64,000 nucleotides of DNA from Lytechinus pictus (lineage: Eukaryota): positions 8,000,001-8,064,000 of the forward strand of contig NC_087251.1 of assembly GCF_037042905.1 (NCBI RefSeq), given 5' to 3'. The translations under genes and the position numbers were made by a program. The notes beneath the pieces were generated by a model. That model did no database searches and was not told the DNA's origin. It saw nothing but the letters and a program-made list of their open reading frames with translations. Position 1 is the first letter of the stretch. The number at the start of each line of letters is the position of its first letter. Below, piece by piece: positions 39,707 to 52,720 of the stretch.

Positions 39707-39859
39707 TGTGTGTGTGTGAGGGTGGGTGCGTGTATGTGTGTGTGCGCTACATATGAAGAGCAGCCCCTTTGTTGAATCTAATCAGAGTAGTATATAGATT
39801 TCTCTATCAGAATTCCTTAATAAATATAAGTTCCTAGAAAGCACTAATAATAATATTGA

Positions 39860-40975
39860 AATTGGTATTAGCAATGGCATTTTGGTATTGGTACTGATGT
39901 TGGTATTGCTATTGGTATTAGCATTGGTATATTGGTAAGAGTATTTGTACTATTGCATTGGTATTGAATGTGATTGGTGTTAGCGTTGGTATTGTTATAG
40001 GTAAATTGGTTTCAGTATTGGTGTTTATCATCATAAAGGTAGGACTATTGGTACCAGTGTTGGTATTATTAGTGTTGGTATCGGTAGTGATGTTGGTATT
40101 GGGATTGGTATTGGAGTTGGTAGGGGTGTCAGAGACTCCAACTCTCCCGCCGAAGTCTCTGGGGTTTTAGTATTAGTATTGGTGTTGGTATTGGTGTTCG
40201 AGTTGTTTTGGAATCGATATTGGTATTGGTGTTTGAGTTGTATTGGTGTTAGCATTGGTACTGGTGTTGGTATTGGTGTAGGTGTTATTTGTGTTGGTGT
40301 TGGTATTGGCATTGGTATTGGTGTTGGTATTGGTGTTAGAATTGGTATTGGTATTGGTGTTGGTATTGTGATTGGTCTGATGGTGTCATGCCTGTAAGGA
40401 TTTCCCTATAAATACATGTGTTAAAAAGTCATGAAAAACAAGTATGAAATTAGGGGAACTAATGTTTCACTACCAGTGGATAAGAATATAATTGACATGT
40501 CATATCTGACCAGAAATGGCTACCTTCGACTCATTTTTGGAAATCACCAGTCCTGGCATGAAAACATCTCTTGACGAGACCTCATTCATCACCTGAAATC
40601 CTAAAATAGTAAAATTCCTCCACCCAATTCTTCCACCAGTCAAATAGTTCCAAAATTTGATTGATAATTTGTTTTCCCATTTGAGCAAAGTAAGTTCAGG
40701 GATTGCTGCCCTTCCGAGAATCAGTGTTAGATGGCAAATCATATACATACACTTTTGTCATACATACACCTGATAATAGATTTGGTATTTGTACTTGTAT
40801 TTTGTAGAGCCTTTCTCCCGTTATGCAGAGAAATTGTACATTTAAAAAGTATTGAGTGAGTTGAGAACTCATCTCTAGTATTGAAACTAGTTTTAGAATT
40901 GATATTGGTATTGATATTAGTTGGTACATTGCTTTTTGTTATTGGTATTGGTATTTGTTGCACTATTGGTATTCG
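39860..40975. repeat. Degenerate (GGTATT/GGTGTT)n hexamer satellite, main block 39860-40375
   Basis: 6-bp periodicity visible directly; second weaker block at 40780-40975. Confidence 0.9.
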
Positions 40976-43842
40976 GTAGTCAGTAGGCGTATTATATGTA
41001 TCAGTTTCAGTCCCATCATTTTGTTTTTTATAAGTGTATTTAAAGAAGATATATTTGTCAGATACTTAGGTTGTCAGAAACAGACTAGAACCTTTCTGAA
41101 TAAGTAGGTATATTGCCACTTGGTCGACACCTTCTATATCTTCCCTTTGGTCCCACCTTTCCGAATCCTAGTTCATCTACGACAAGTTCATCTACAAACC
41201 CTTTAGTCTACTTTCCATTTAGCCCATTTACCTTTTTGTCTAATTTCCAATTGGGTTATTCTCATTTCATATCCACATGGTTTTAAAAGCACTTATAGTC
41301 TTTATGACCAAATGAACTCTTTATATGAACCAAATTTTCATTTGAAAATTGCCAAATTATATTATTTAGATGAAGTGAAAATTTGACCTCTGGGCATTAA
41401 TAGACTATAGTTAGATCAAAGGTCAAAATGGTTATGCCTAACTGATCACATGCGTTAACCAGATTTCTGTAGAGACCTAATAATAAAGCTAGCACCCCCC
41501 CCCCCAAAAAAAAAAAATGATAATGATAATTAAATAAATAAAGGAATAAAATAGAAATAAACAATAAACAAGTGGAATGCCTCTGGCTGTCTCACCTGCA
41601 TCATGCGAAATAATTATTCACAAAAAACACCATTCATATAATGATACAAGACTATGTTCATTGACATTTGACCTTGATCATGTGACCTAAAACTTGTCAG
41701 TGATACTTGATTACCCCTATATCCACATTTTAAACACTATATCTATAAACTTTGAAAGTTATGACAGCAATCTAATAATTACCTCTAAAATGGTCAAAGT
41801 TCAATGACCTTTGACTTTGGTCATGTGACCTGGGGAGCATTTCATGAAAGGACATGTCAGACGTTTTATCCGACAAGTCCCATTTTATCCGACAGTTACC
41901 ATCCCTGATAGCAGACACGGTCGTAATGACGTCATTAACTGATCGTAAAGTGGTAATACTCGTCATGTCGTCGTATTTATGACGTTCTTACGACGTCATT
42001 TTGACGACTTAGAATGGCAACTTTCATTTGCATTTTTATTTGACCAGATTATGACGTGATTTTGACGTCATTTACTGACCAATTTACGACAAGTAAATTT
42101 GCTCGCTTATATGACCAGATTATGACGTGATTACGACGTCATTTACTGACCAATTTACGACAAGTAAATTTGCTTTCTTATATGACCAGATTATTACGTG
42201 ATTACGACGTCATTTATCGACCAATCTGCAACAAATGAATTTGCATTTTTATATGACCACATTATGACGTGATTATGACATCATTTATTTACCAAACAAC
42301 GACAAAGAAATTTGCGTTTTCATATGACCACATTACGACGTGATTATGACATCAAATTTTACCAATCAACGACGAGGAAATTTACAAGTTTAATTTCAAA
42401 GCCACATACTATTTTGCCATTTCTTCAACCTTGCCATGTTAGCAAGGCTATTTCTACTTATAAAAGGAAAAGTAAAACTAAAAAAAAATAGTACTGAATT
42501 TTTTTTATTTTAGGTAAAGTATATAATTCTTCAAAGAAAAAAAGTTTCAAAAGCAGTGGCAAAAATAATCATTTCTTAACTGGTTGCCAACCAAACCAAA
42601 CAAGAGGAAGCTTTATATGTCAAAGAAGTTTGTATCTATTTTAAAACTTTTTTTTCGCAAGTGGTGTCATGCCCCGGTGTCATGCAAACCTCCTATCTAG
42701 TTAGCTCACCCCCGCCCCCCCCCCCCCCATGCACGCCCCCCGGGCTCACCCCCTATAAAAAATTCATGATCCGCAGAATTAATTCGCCGCCGGGCGTCGA
42801 GCCTGCGCATGCGCGCTGCACTGCATGCAACTGGCGCGCGCTGTAGTCGCAACCATTTAATTTGAAAAAGGAATGCGCCCGTTTTTCGCCGTAAATGTTG
42901 CAGCCTAATTTTGGATCGAGAATTAAGTGCGACGAAGATGGCCGTTAATAATAGTTCTACTAGTACTACTTTAAGAACACGGTTCAGATTTGGATAACGA
43001 CTTCGAAGGCATTCGCAGGAGACCAAACAGTAAGTTAGATAACCATCTTCTAAGATTTTCTTTTCGGAGCGCGGCTTGCCTTTGGCTTTAGATTTCGTGC
43101 ACTGACACTACCCGGCCGGGGTGGCTGCCCCGAGCGCCGGCATGCTGAATAGGACAGGCTGCGCTGGTGGGCTCAGGGCCCAAGTCTGCACAGACACAGT
43201 GCACACAACTTTAACTTAAGGTAAATGCCAGTGGTAACGATATCAAAATGAGTTCGTACAGAATCCAATGAAATGACCACCAAAGTGTCTGTCTATATTT
43301 ATAAATAATATACCGTATGTGCCAAAGGATTCTGGAAGAAATTGTGTAATTGCTGTGAAATAAGCAGAAAAAGCACAGGATTCGGGTCAACTCGAGCCAA
43401 GGCAAGCGTCGGGCCGACATTAATCAGAGCAATAATAACTGTCCCACGTGCTCTTATCTGTGTTGGTGATCTTCAGTTTGAACATTTTTCAGCGTAGATT
43501 TCAAGATTTCACAAAGTTCAGTTTATGTAACTGTACCAGATCTACATGTATACCCAGTTGTTGTGTGTCCGGACAGGTTGTGTGTCCGGACGATCAATTT
43601 TAGAAAGTAATTTGGAAAAATTTACAACTAATACAAGCGAAGTTTCATCAATTTTTAGTTCAAAATGTTAGGAAATATTAGAGAGAACAAAATCGAAGAT
43701 GATTATAACTATTGAATTCATATTGTAATCCAAAGACAAAAAAGAAGGCTTCAAAAATATAAAGTGTCCGGACACCCGATCCCCCATCCTACTATGTAGG
43801 CCCTAGATCCTCGATGATATACCGTACTGACAATTTTTTTAA

Positions 43843-44582
43843 TCCTAAATCTACCGGGGTATTTTGATTCTTGTCATTCCCGGGGGGGGGGGGTATTATT
43901 GCCCCCCCCCCCTTAGAAGATCTCGGCCGTGGATTGCACGATCACAACGAAAATTTGCATGATGGTAGATTTCACTGAATTCATATTTTTTTATTTTATA
44001 TGAATTAATTATGCTAATTTATTCATGAAATCATACTTTTTGCTCTGATTCACTAAATAAAGCTCCTAGAATGCTATTTTTTGGGTGAAAATATTCTTTA
44101 TAGCATTCCTAACAATTGTGAATGAAAAAAAATCTGGTACCAAGACCGATTTCTTATGTATTTTTTTTTTTTTTAATCATGTATTTCTTTGTTTTTTTAC
44201 ATTTTGTTTTTTATTGTATTTTCGATGGAAATCGTTCTAGACTTAATTCTAATCATAAACAAGGCAAAATTAATTAAGTTTAATCAGTAAAAGTAGAAAT
44301 AATGATAAATTTATGAATTTTGGCTAAATACACAATTTGCATTGGATTTGTACATGAAATCATGTTTATGAGCAATTTTGGGTCTGACATGCACTTACAT
44401 AATGTTGCGTAATGTCGTAACCGCGTACCCGGGCGTCACAAATTTGGTCTCAAAATTTGCGCGAGACTTGAAAGTAAAAAGTCAGTGAGCGGCGCGATCA
44501 AAACTTTTTGCGCGACAGCGTAGTGATGAAATTTGATGAGGGGGGGGGGGTCAAATTGACCCCCCCCCCAGTTTAATAAGGG
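43843..44582. mobile_element. piggyBac-like MITE
   Basis: TTAA on both flanks; (T/C)CCT...AGGG ends; subterminal G-run/C-run hairpins (GGGGGGGGTCAAATTGACCCCCCC). Confidence 0.7.
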
Positions 44583-44679
44583 TTAAGGGCGTCACATGAA
44601 ATGCCCTATATTCATTATTTTTCTACCAAAAGCACCATTTTGAGTAAGATTTTTAATGAATAGATCTGTTTGACATTTC

Positions 44680-44872
44680 AGGAGAAAGAGAGGGAGACAC
44701 AAAACCACCTGTCTCGGTGTCACACATGAGGAGTTGAGGAGGAGATGAAGTCAGTGAATATGACCTGGCCTGGGGGAGTTTCCAGAAGAAGGCCCAGAAT
44801 CGCTGGATGCCAGGAGTGGAGATCCTTCGTTGCTGCCCTACATGATAGGAGGCATCGGGCAGTAGGTAAGTT
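44680..44872 (+). mobile_element. RTE-clade LINE 3' fragment
   Basis: Frameshifted EEEMKSVNMTW...QEWRSFVAALH C-terminus followed by a GTAGGTAAGT tail. Confidence 0.7.
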
Positions 44873-46019
44873 AGAAGGCTATTTCAGATGTAAAGCCTTT
44901 TTTGGGGGGGGGATCATTGGGAATCTCTATTATCAGAATCACGCAGATTTGGGTGTGCACAAACTCGGGGCATCTTATAATCTGTTAATGGTCCTGACTG
45001 TACTTCGAGGACTCTGTGATATTTTTTCATTGTATTTTCATTCACGGAGCCTAGACAAGTCTCTGTTGCCTGTAGAACTTTGTACACTAAGATGGATTTC
45101 CCTAGAAAATCCACCCTTCCCACAATAATTTTGGGGCAAACATTTAATTTGTCCAATTTGTAAGCTTTTGTACTCTAAATGCATACAAAGGCTTAAAAAA
45201 TGTTAATTGTTGGAAGGTAAAAATTTTGAAGGATCACTTTCTTACAATTCCCACGCTATATAACGCAATGACATGAACTTTAACTCGAGTGACGTACGTA
45301 TGCAAAAAATACAGAATTGGTGCACATGCATAGCTGATTGATTCATTGTGCTAGTACTGGTACTAGATCGGTTTGGACGTTCTAATTTCAATGACAAGTT
45401 TAGATGGTAAATTGGCGCTAATAAAATTTTGCATTGGTCGATCTCGCGATGCCAGAAAACTAATTCCACCTCAAAATTTGTCAGATTTTTTTTTCAAAAT
45501 ATATATTTAATCGATCCTTGACCTGAATTTAAGCCAAATCAGGCATAGGGAATGGCTGTATTTCAGCCTCGAAGTTCGAATTCTCGGCCCTGACAGTCCT
45601 GGTTACCCCATAACCATTTAAAACACATAAAAAAGGCATGAATTAAAATTGTAATTATAAAAAAATAATATGTTTTATGTGTCAAATAAATTGATTCTAA
45701 AATTCCCTTCCTTATACAGAGATGGTTAAAGGTCTTGAGGGCATCATGCCCCCCCCCCCCCGACTTGACTTAACATGTTAATATTTGAAGTATAAAATAT
45801 GTAACAAACCCCACATCGTTTTTCAATCATTTAAAATAAATTGGAAATTAATATTGAAACCATCTAGTTTTTAATGAAGATTAATAAATAGTTTATGTAG
45901 AAAAAGTTTTTATGTTTCTCCTCTTCTGTTATTTTTGCAGATGCTGTAATTTGAAACGGAAGGTGTCCTGCCAATAAATTTTCATCCCACCTGAACTGCC
46001 TTGCCTGCCTGCACCCAGT

Positions 46020-46655
46020 CATCTGTTCCTGAGCATTTTCATTTTCCTCTATTTTTCATCATCGTTTGTTTCGGCCTGTATGAAGTGAATTTCACATTGA
46101 TTGGTGGAGCTGCTAAGTTGGCATTACAGGGCCACGCCGGGGTATGATCCTTTGGGTTGAACATCATGACTGCTAGTTGGTCGGCAAAGGTGATGGGATC
46201 GATCAATGTCACATGGAGTAAGATCGATACCAATCTGCTTTGCTACATTTCGAACAATCTCATACGGATACGGATATTATTGCGACAGGAGTACTGCTCG
46301 ATGTGGTCAAGCCTATTTGACAAAGCATTATGGTGTTAGTCATGTTATCAGAAACCGATTTTTCAAAATCACGGAGTTGCTTCAATTTAGTATCGATAGA
46401 TATTTCAAGAACGTGTAGACTAGTGAGCTTTTCATCAAGAATTTCACGCAATTTATTTTCGCGCTTATCCATGTCATCATTGAGTTTTTGTCTCTCGCGT
46501 TCCATTGCCACGGCCACCGCTCTTTGAACGACTGTATCAATATGATCTAGGTATGCTGGGCTTTGTTTAGATCCAGTTAATGATGAAGCAGAGGATTGTG
46601 TACATGCGTTAGCCGAGTGCAAGCGGCCTCTTGATCTGGTGGATATCTTAGACAT
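46020..46655 (-). pseudogene. Decayed LINE ORF1 (coiled-coil + RRM type, as in L2/CR1/L1-like elements)
   Basis: Heptad-rich 131-aa ORF continues through frameshifts into RLDHIEQYSCRNNIRI, IDLTPCDIDRSHHL and PPINVKFTSYR. Confidence 0.75.
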
Positions 46656-46996
46656 GTTAGAGATTACGTAATGATATAATTGAAAAGTGGGATGGGCTGT
46701 GCATCTGCCAACTCACCAGTCAACCAATTACAGACGGCCTTCCAAAGTGACACAGCACGAAAATATCAATATGGGACTGGTCTAGTCAACACATAGATCC
46801 TGAAAAAACCATGGAGACCGCAGACGCAAAATGACTTCCATACATAAAGATATGATGCACAATTTCCAGTGGGTTCAAAACACTGAACACATGCTATGCT
46901 GATACACAGACTATCATATTAAAGAACTTTATCAAGCAAAGGAAATCTGGCATGAAATCTCTCAGCTCACATAAAAAGCCTACGTAGCTACATGTA

Positions 46997-48300
46997 GGGA
47001 AGAAAATGCGTAATTGCTGAGAAATGAGCAAATTAAGCATGTAATTCTATCAAATGTCAGGTATTTTTCGAATCGATTATAATACACTGTCCCACATATG
47101 CTTTTCTGTGTTTACAGCGATCATCAGAATTATCGATTTTAAGTTAAAAAATTCATGATTTTACAAAGATACAAGTTTACATTAATGTACCAGATGTAGA
47201 TTATGTACAATATATTGACAATGAACTTTGATTTTATAGATTTTCTCAAGAAATAATTGTTTGCTGCAACTACTGTCTTTTCCTTCTAAGTGATAGTGTA
47301 ATACAACAGTTCCACAAACTATTTTCATCAGACTTATTGATGCATGATTCTTTCACCCAAATGCAAGCTTCCATAAATCCTGAAAACTTTGCAACTCAGG
47401 TATTTTTTTTTTTTACATACAGTTTATTTTGTCCTACATTGCATAGTTGCCTTAAGTTAATAGCGCACCTCTAGTAGTAACTATCTTAAAATGAGTTCGA
47501 ATAGAATCCAACAGAATTACCAGCAAAGTGTATGTATATATAAAAGATGTGTGCCAAAAAGCTCGGGAAGAAAATGTGTAATTGCTGAGAAATGAGCAAA
47601 ATAAGCATGTAATTCTATCAAATGTCGGGTATTTTTCAAATCAATCATAATACACTGTCCTGTCCCACATATGCTTTTCTGTGTTAGTGATCATCAGAAT
47701 TATTGATTTTAAGATCAAAATTCATGATTTTACAAAGATACAAGTTTACATTAATTTACCAGGGCCCCGTCTTACAAAGAGTTATGATTGATCTGATCAA
47801 TCGCAACTATGGACGGTCAGCAACGTTAACATCTATTAAGCATGTTTGTTCAAAATATTTTCTAGCTATGATGTATGTTCATGCATTCATTGTTTTCTCA
47901 AAAATTCGCTGCGCTTCTCTTTGCATACAAAGGACATTGTGCAAATTTTTCGTAGAAAAAATTATGACACTGATGGATTTCCATAGAGTTATGATTGATC
48001 GGATCAATCGTAACTCTTTGTAAGACAGGGCCCAGATCTAGATTATGTACAATATTTTGACAATTAACCTTAATTTAAAAGACTTTCCGAAGAAATAATT
48101 GTTTGCTGCAACTACTGTCTTTTACCCCTGGCCCTAAGTGATAGTGTAATACAACCCAAACATTTCATAAGAATTAATGTACATGTATGATTCTTTCACC
48201 CAAATGCGAGCTTCCATAAATCCTGAAACTATTCCAACTCGGGTATTTTTTTTTTACATACAGTATATTTTTACCTACATTACATAGTTGTCTAAAGTTG
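46997..48300. repeat. Tandem duplication of a Kolobok-like MITE end plus flank (46997-47455 and 47566-48300); related fragment at 43217-43520
   Basis: GGGAAGAAAATG(C/T)GTAATTGCTGAGAAATGAGCAAA...TTGCTGCAACTACTGTC...CTACATT occurs twice. Confidence 0.85.
47763..48032. mobile_element. 270-bp Harbinger-like MITE
   Basis: TIR GGCCC(C/T)GTCTTACAAAGAGTTA; CAG TSD; absent from the duplicated copy near 47190. Confidence 0.9.
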
Positions 48301-50499
48301 AAGGTATATTTAATTACAATTTCAACGAAAAAGCTTTATTCTTGGAGATCATTATGCCTCTGTTATGTATTAATGTGTATTTATACATGTACAATTGTAT
48401 GTATTGGTATAACAAACATTGTAATTTCATTCCTTTGACCCTAATACTGCATTTTCATAGAAAAGTGTTTTTTTTTTCAATCTATTTAGAGTTTTCAACA
48501 TTTTGTATTCCTTTTTTTTTTGCTGGTAATATGTTATGCAACTTTTATTTATTAATAGAATATTTGCCACGATTTCGTAATTGAAATGCGTACATGTATT
48601 TGATTTCGTTTTCCATTTTTGTATATATTCTTTTTCGGGGGGGGGGGGGGTCATGTTCTTGAGACCGAGACAAGTTATGCAAGGCCCTGGCATGGAGGAT
48701 CATTATATTGTTACTGGGAATGCTGGACATTGTCAGACCACCTCAGTATTCACCAAATATAGATAATCCTGAATGACAAGGTCTTTGAAGTGATGTGTGT
48801 ATGTACATTGCATGTAGAATTTAATGTTTAGGTCATTATCACGTCAGAATACGTTAAGATATCATAGTTGACTCCAAAAGACGTCATATTCATTTCAATA
48901 TGCGACGTCAATATGACGTCTATTACTAGTCAGCAATATGTTGCAAAGTCGTCATTCAGACGTCGTAGTTGACTTATAAACACGTCATAATTACATCAAT
49001 ATGACGTCTAAAACTGGTCAGGAATACGTCGCAAAGTTGTCATTAAGACGTCGTAGATGACTTTTAAAGACGTCATAATTACATCAATATGACGTCTAAA
49101 ACCGGTCAGGAACACGTTACAAGGATGTCATTAAGACGTCGTTGTTGACTCTCGAAGACGTCATAATCACGTCAATACACGACGTCAATCTGACCCTTAA
49201 TACTGGTCAGGAAAACGTTGTAAAAACGTTGCTAAGACGTCATTAAGACGTCGTAGTCACTCTTGGAGACGTCATAATGACGTCAATATACGACGTCATA
49301 ATGACGTTATTCGCGGGTGCAAGATCCCGTCAATAAGACGTCATGTTACGACGTCAAAATGACGTGACACTCGTCGTTAAACTGACGTAATTATGACGTC
49401 ATTTTTACCAGTTTCTGCTATCAGGGATAGTAACAGTGCTTCTCAGCCAATTAAAATCAAGGAAAGATGTCAGATCTGACAACTTGTCGGACAAAAATGT
49501 TGATGAAACGCCCCCCTGAAACGCGCATGAGATGTTCAGTGATACTTGATGATTCTTATGTCCATTTTTATGAACTAAACCAATATACTTACAGAGTTAT
49601 GATGGTAATTCATTAAATGCCCCCAACATGGCCAAAGTCTATTGACCTTTGACCTTGGTCATATGACCTGAAACTCACACTGTTCAGTGATACTTGGTTA
49701 ATCTTATGTCCACGTTTTATGAACTAGACCAATACACTTATAGAGACATGATGGTAATTCAACAAATACCCCCAACATGGCCAAAGTTCATTGACCTTAA
49801 ATGACCTTTGACCTTGGTCATGTGACGTGAAACTCAAGCAGGATGTTCAGTAATACTTGATTAACCTTATGTCCAAGTTTCATGAATTATATAGGTCCAT
49901 ATATTTTCAAAGTTATGATGGTAATTCAACAGATACCCCCACATGGCCAAAGTTCATTGACCTTTGACCTTGGTCATGTGACTTGAAATGCGCAGAGGAT
50001 GTTCAGTGATGACATTTCAAAAACTTAACCTTAGGTTGTCATTATGCTCAGGCTGTCATTTCAAAATCTTAACCTTAGGTTAAGATTTGGTGTTGACGCC
50101 GCCGCCGTCGGAAAAGCGGCGCCTATAGTCTCACTCTGCTATGCAGGTGAGACAAAAACCATGAATTAAAAAAATAATGAATGAATAAATAACATAATAA
50201 TGATAATTGTATAACAATAATGATAAAAAAGTGAAGTTGAGAAATTAACTAAAATGAAATAAATGCAATGAATTAAATACAATACAATAAAAAGAGGAGA
50301 AGCAAAAAGGAGATGATGCAAAGACGAGGAAGAAGAAGAAAAATTTGTAGTTAACACAAAAGTAGCTTACATTGTATAGATCTAGTTTTTTGACAAATTT
50401 AAATTTCAAAACAATATTCAGGGAATGAAATTCTGACGTAATTTTCAAATCAGAAAAGGGAAATGTGTGCGCGGCAGAGATAGAGTTGGTATTGGCAAG

Positions 50500-50809
50500 C
50501 AGGGGCGAAAATCTCTCCCAAAAGGTAGGGGGGACAAGAGGCTGGATAATTTGACAAGCAAAAAAAAAAAAGGTTATCACCCAAAATTTAAGGCCATTTC
50601 GACGAAAATAAATTTCACAAGCAAAAAAAAAAAGGTTATTACAAAAGTAAGGTCATCTCGTCCTAAAATACATGTTTTATTTCGATTTTGAATTATGTAT
50701 TTCTTACCATCATAAAAGACCACAAATAGTAGGGGGGACATTTGATATTGTGTCCCCCCCTACTATTTTGAGTAGGGGGGACACGTCCCCCCTGGGATTT
50801 CCGCCCATG
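50500..50809. mobile_element. hAT-like MITE
   Basis: CAGGGGCGAAATC...GATTTCCGCCCATG ends; internal GGGGGACA/TGTCCCCC hairpins; a similar left end at 53824. Confidence 0.55.
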
Positions 50810-51224
50810 CTGGCAAGGACTCGAGAGTTTGGTCAGGTCCATGATCCATCCGAGCTCTCTAGTATACCGGTAGCGCGGGGCGCGCGTTTCCGTTTTACAC
50901 CCTGGCGAAGGCATTTTCCGCAAAAATAGCCACAAAGCGACTAGTGAAGAGTCTACACACGTCGCTGGTTGCAGCGTGCGACACAGGCGAGCCCAAAGGG
51001 CGAGCCCCACACCACCGCATGCAATCTGCACAGTTACTGATCAGAGCATAGAGTTCCTCGGCACTTCATGTATACAGAGAGCAGTCATATGAGTGAAATC
51101 CGAACATGCTTTTATGAATATAAATTATTAACTAAATGAATAGAATGACAGACAAAATAAAAATAAACAGATACATATAATAGAAAGAAAATTGAAGTTT
51201 GATGGATTGATACACTTAGATGCC

Positions 51225-51952
51225 GAAAGATAGATATATATAGAACTAATAGATAGAGACATAGATAGATAGATAGATAGATAGATGAATATAGAGATAG
51301 AAGTAGAGAGAGAGAGAGAAAGACAGAGAGATGGATAGATAGATAGATAGATATATAGATAGATAGATAGATAGATGGGGGGAGAGAACTTGAGAGATGG
51401 AGAGATGTTATAGATAGATAGATAGATAGATATATGGACGGATAAAGAGAAATAGAGAGAGAAAAAAAAGACAGACAGATGGATAGATAGAGAGAGAAAG
51501 AGAGAGATGGAGAGAGAGAGAGATAGAGAATCTGAGAGATAGATAGATGTTAGATAGATAGATAAAGAATGAGAGAGACAGAGAAGATAGACAAATTAAC
51601 AGAGAAGATATACAAATTAACAGATAGATAGATACTGTAGTTACATAGATAGATAGAGATAGAATTTGAGAGATAGATAAATAAATAGATAGAAGATAGA
51701 TAGATAGAGAAAGACAGAAAGATGGATAGATAGATAGAGAGAGGGGGAGAGAGATATAGAGAATTTGAGAGATAGATAGATGTTAGATAGATAAAGAATG
51801 AGAGAGACAGAGAAGAGCGACAAATTAACAGATCGATAGATAGATAGAAGATAGATAGATAGATTGATAGAGAGAGAGAGAACTAGAGAAAGACAGATGG
51901 ATAGATAGAGAGAGAGAGACAGAGAAGATTAATAGATAGATACTGTAGTTAC

Positions 51953-52016
<64 letters not shown>

Positions 52017-52720
52017 CTATATAATTTGAGAGATAGATACATAGACGGATAGAGAGAAAAAGACAGACAGATGGATTAGATAGATAGAGAGAGAGAATTT
52101 GAGAGACAGACAGACAGATGGATAGAGAGAATTCGAGAGATAGATAAAAAAGAAATGTATCATTAATAAATACAAAAGGCCAAAAGTAAAGTGTCACCAA
52201 AGAAGAAAAAAGCGGAATGAAAGATTAAGAAGAAAGAGGTGAGAGAAGGGAAAGAAATTTGGATAAGACAAAGAGAAGGGAAAGCAAGAGGTGGAATTTG
52301 AAAGAGAATAGGAGGCAACCTTCAGAAGAAAAAAAAATCATTATGCAATACAAGACATTTAACAATGGTAACAAGTAAATAAAGTAGTAATTGAATCGAA
52401 TCTTGCACAAAAAAGGGAAAAGTAGAGCTGAGGAAATAGACTCCCGAAGGAAGTCGAAGCAGTGTTGATATTGCACATGAGTAGATTAACAGATGGAGAG
52501 AGAGAAATAAAAGAGAGACAGATGGATAGATAGAGAGTTTGAGAGATAGACGTTAGATGGATAGATAGATAGAGAGATAGATAGGTAGATAGAGAATGAG
52601 AGAGACAGAGTAGATAGACAAATTAACAGATAGATATATCATGTAGTACCATACTATAGATTGATTTATAACATAGATAGTGGATAGACAGATATGATAG
52701 ATATAAGGATAGATATAATA
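51225..52720. repeat. (GATA)n/(GA)n compound microsatellite field
   Basis: Long runs of GATA and GA, pure run at about 51955-52016, interrupted at 52150-52485. Confidence 0.95.

Larger units (their letters stand above)
41903..49426. mobile_element. 7.5-kb CACTA/EnSpm(CMC)-like non-autonomous element
   Basis: TIR CCCTGATAGCAGA; 2-bp TSD AT; subterminal GACGT-rich arrays (71-bp unit at 42041-42385, ~88-bp unit at 48870-49400); no transposase ORF seen. Confidence 0.82.
41833..49515. mobile_element. Small Harbinger-like MITE split by a 7.5-kb insertion (halves 41833-41902 and 49427-49515)
   Basis: TIR GGG(A/G)GC(A/G)TTTCAT(G/C)AA; CTG TSD; removal restores the host GTGACCTGAAAC. Confidence 0.8.
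41567..50158 (-). mobile_element. Second HINE family-1 copy in opposite orientation, expanded by nested insertions
   Basis: AACAAGTGGAATGCCTCTGGCTGTCTCACCTGCA at 41567 and CTATAGTCTCACTCTGCTATGCAGGTGAGACAAAAA at 50158 are reverse complements of the 28121-33125 ends; same tandem units at 41650-41830 and 49517-50010. Confidence 0.85.

Noticed and set aside
39958..40397. Val/Gly/Ile-rich and Pro/Thr-rich ORFs as membrane or mucin-like proteins
   Set aside because: They are translations of a hexamer satellite on both strands, with no splice or start context.
40470..40748. Higher-complexity island between hexamer blocks as an exon
   Set aside because: No recognisable protein similarity in the frames I read and no convincing splice pair; left unassigned.
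46260..46655. 131-aa coiled-coil ORF as a host gene
   Set aside because: It continues through frameshifts into LINE ORF1 motifs and lies inside a transposon stack.
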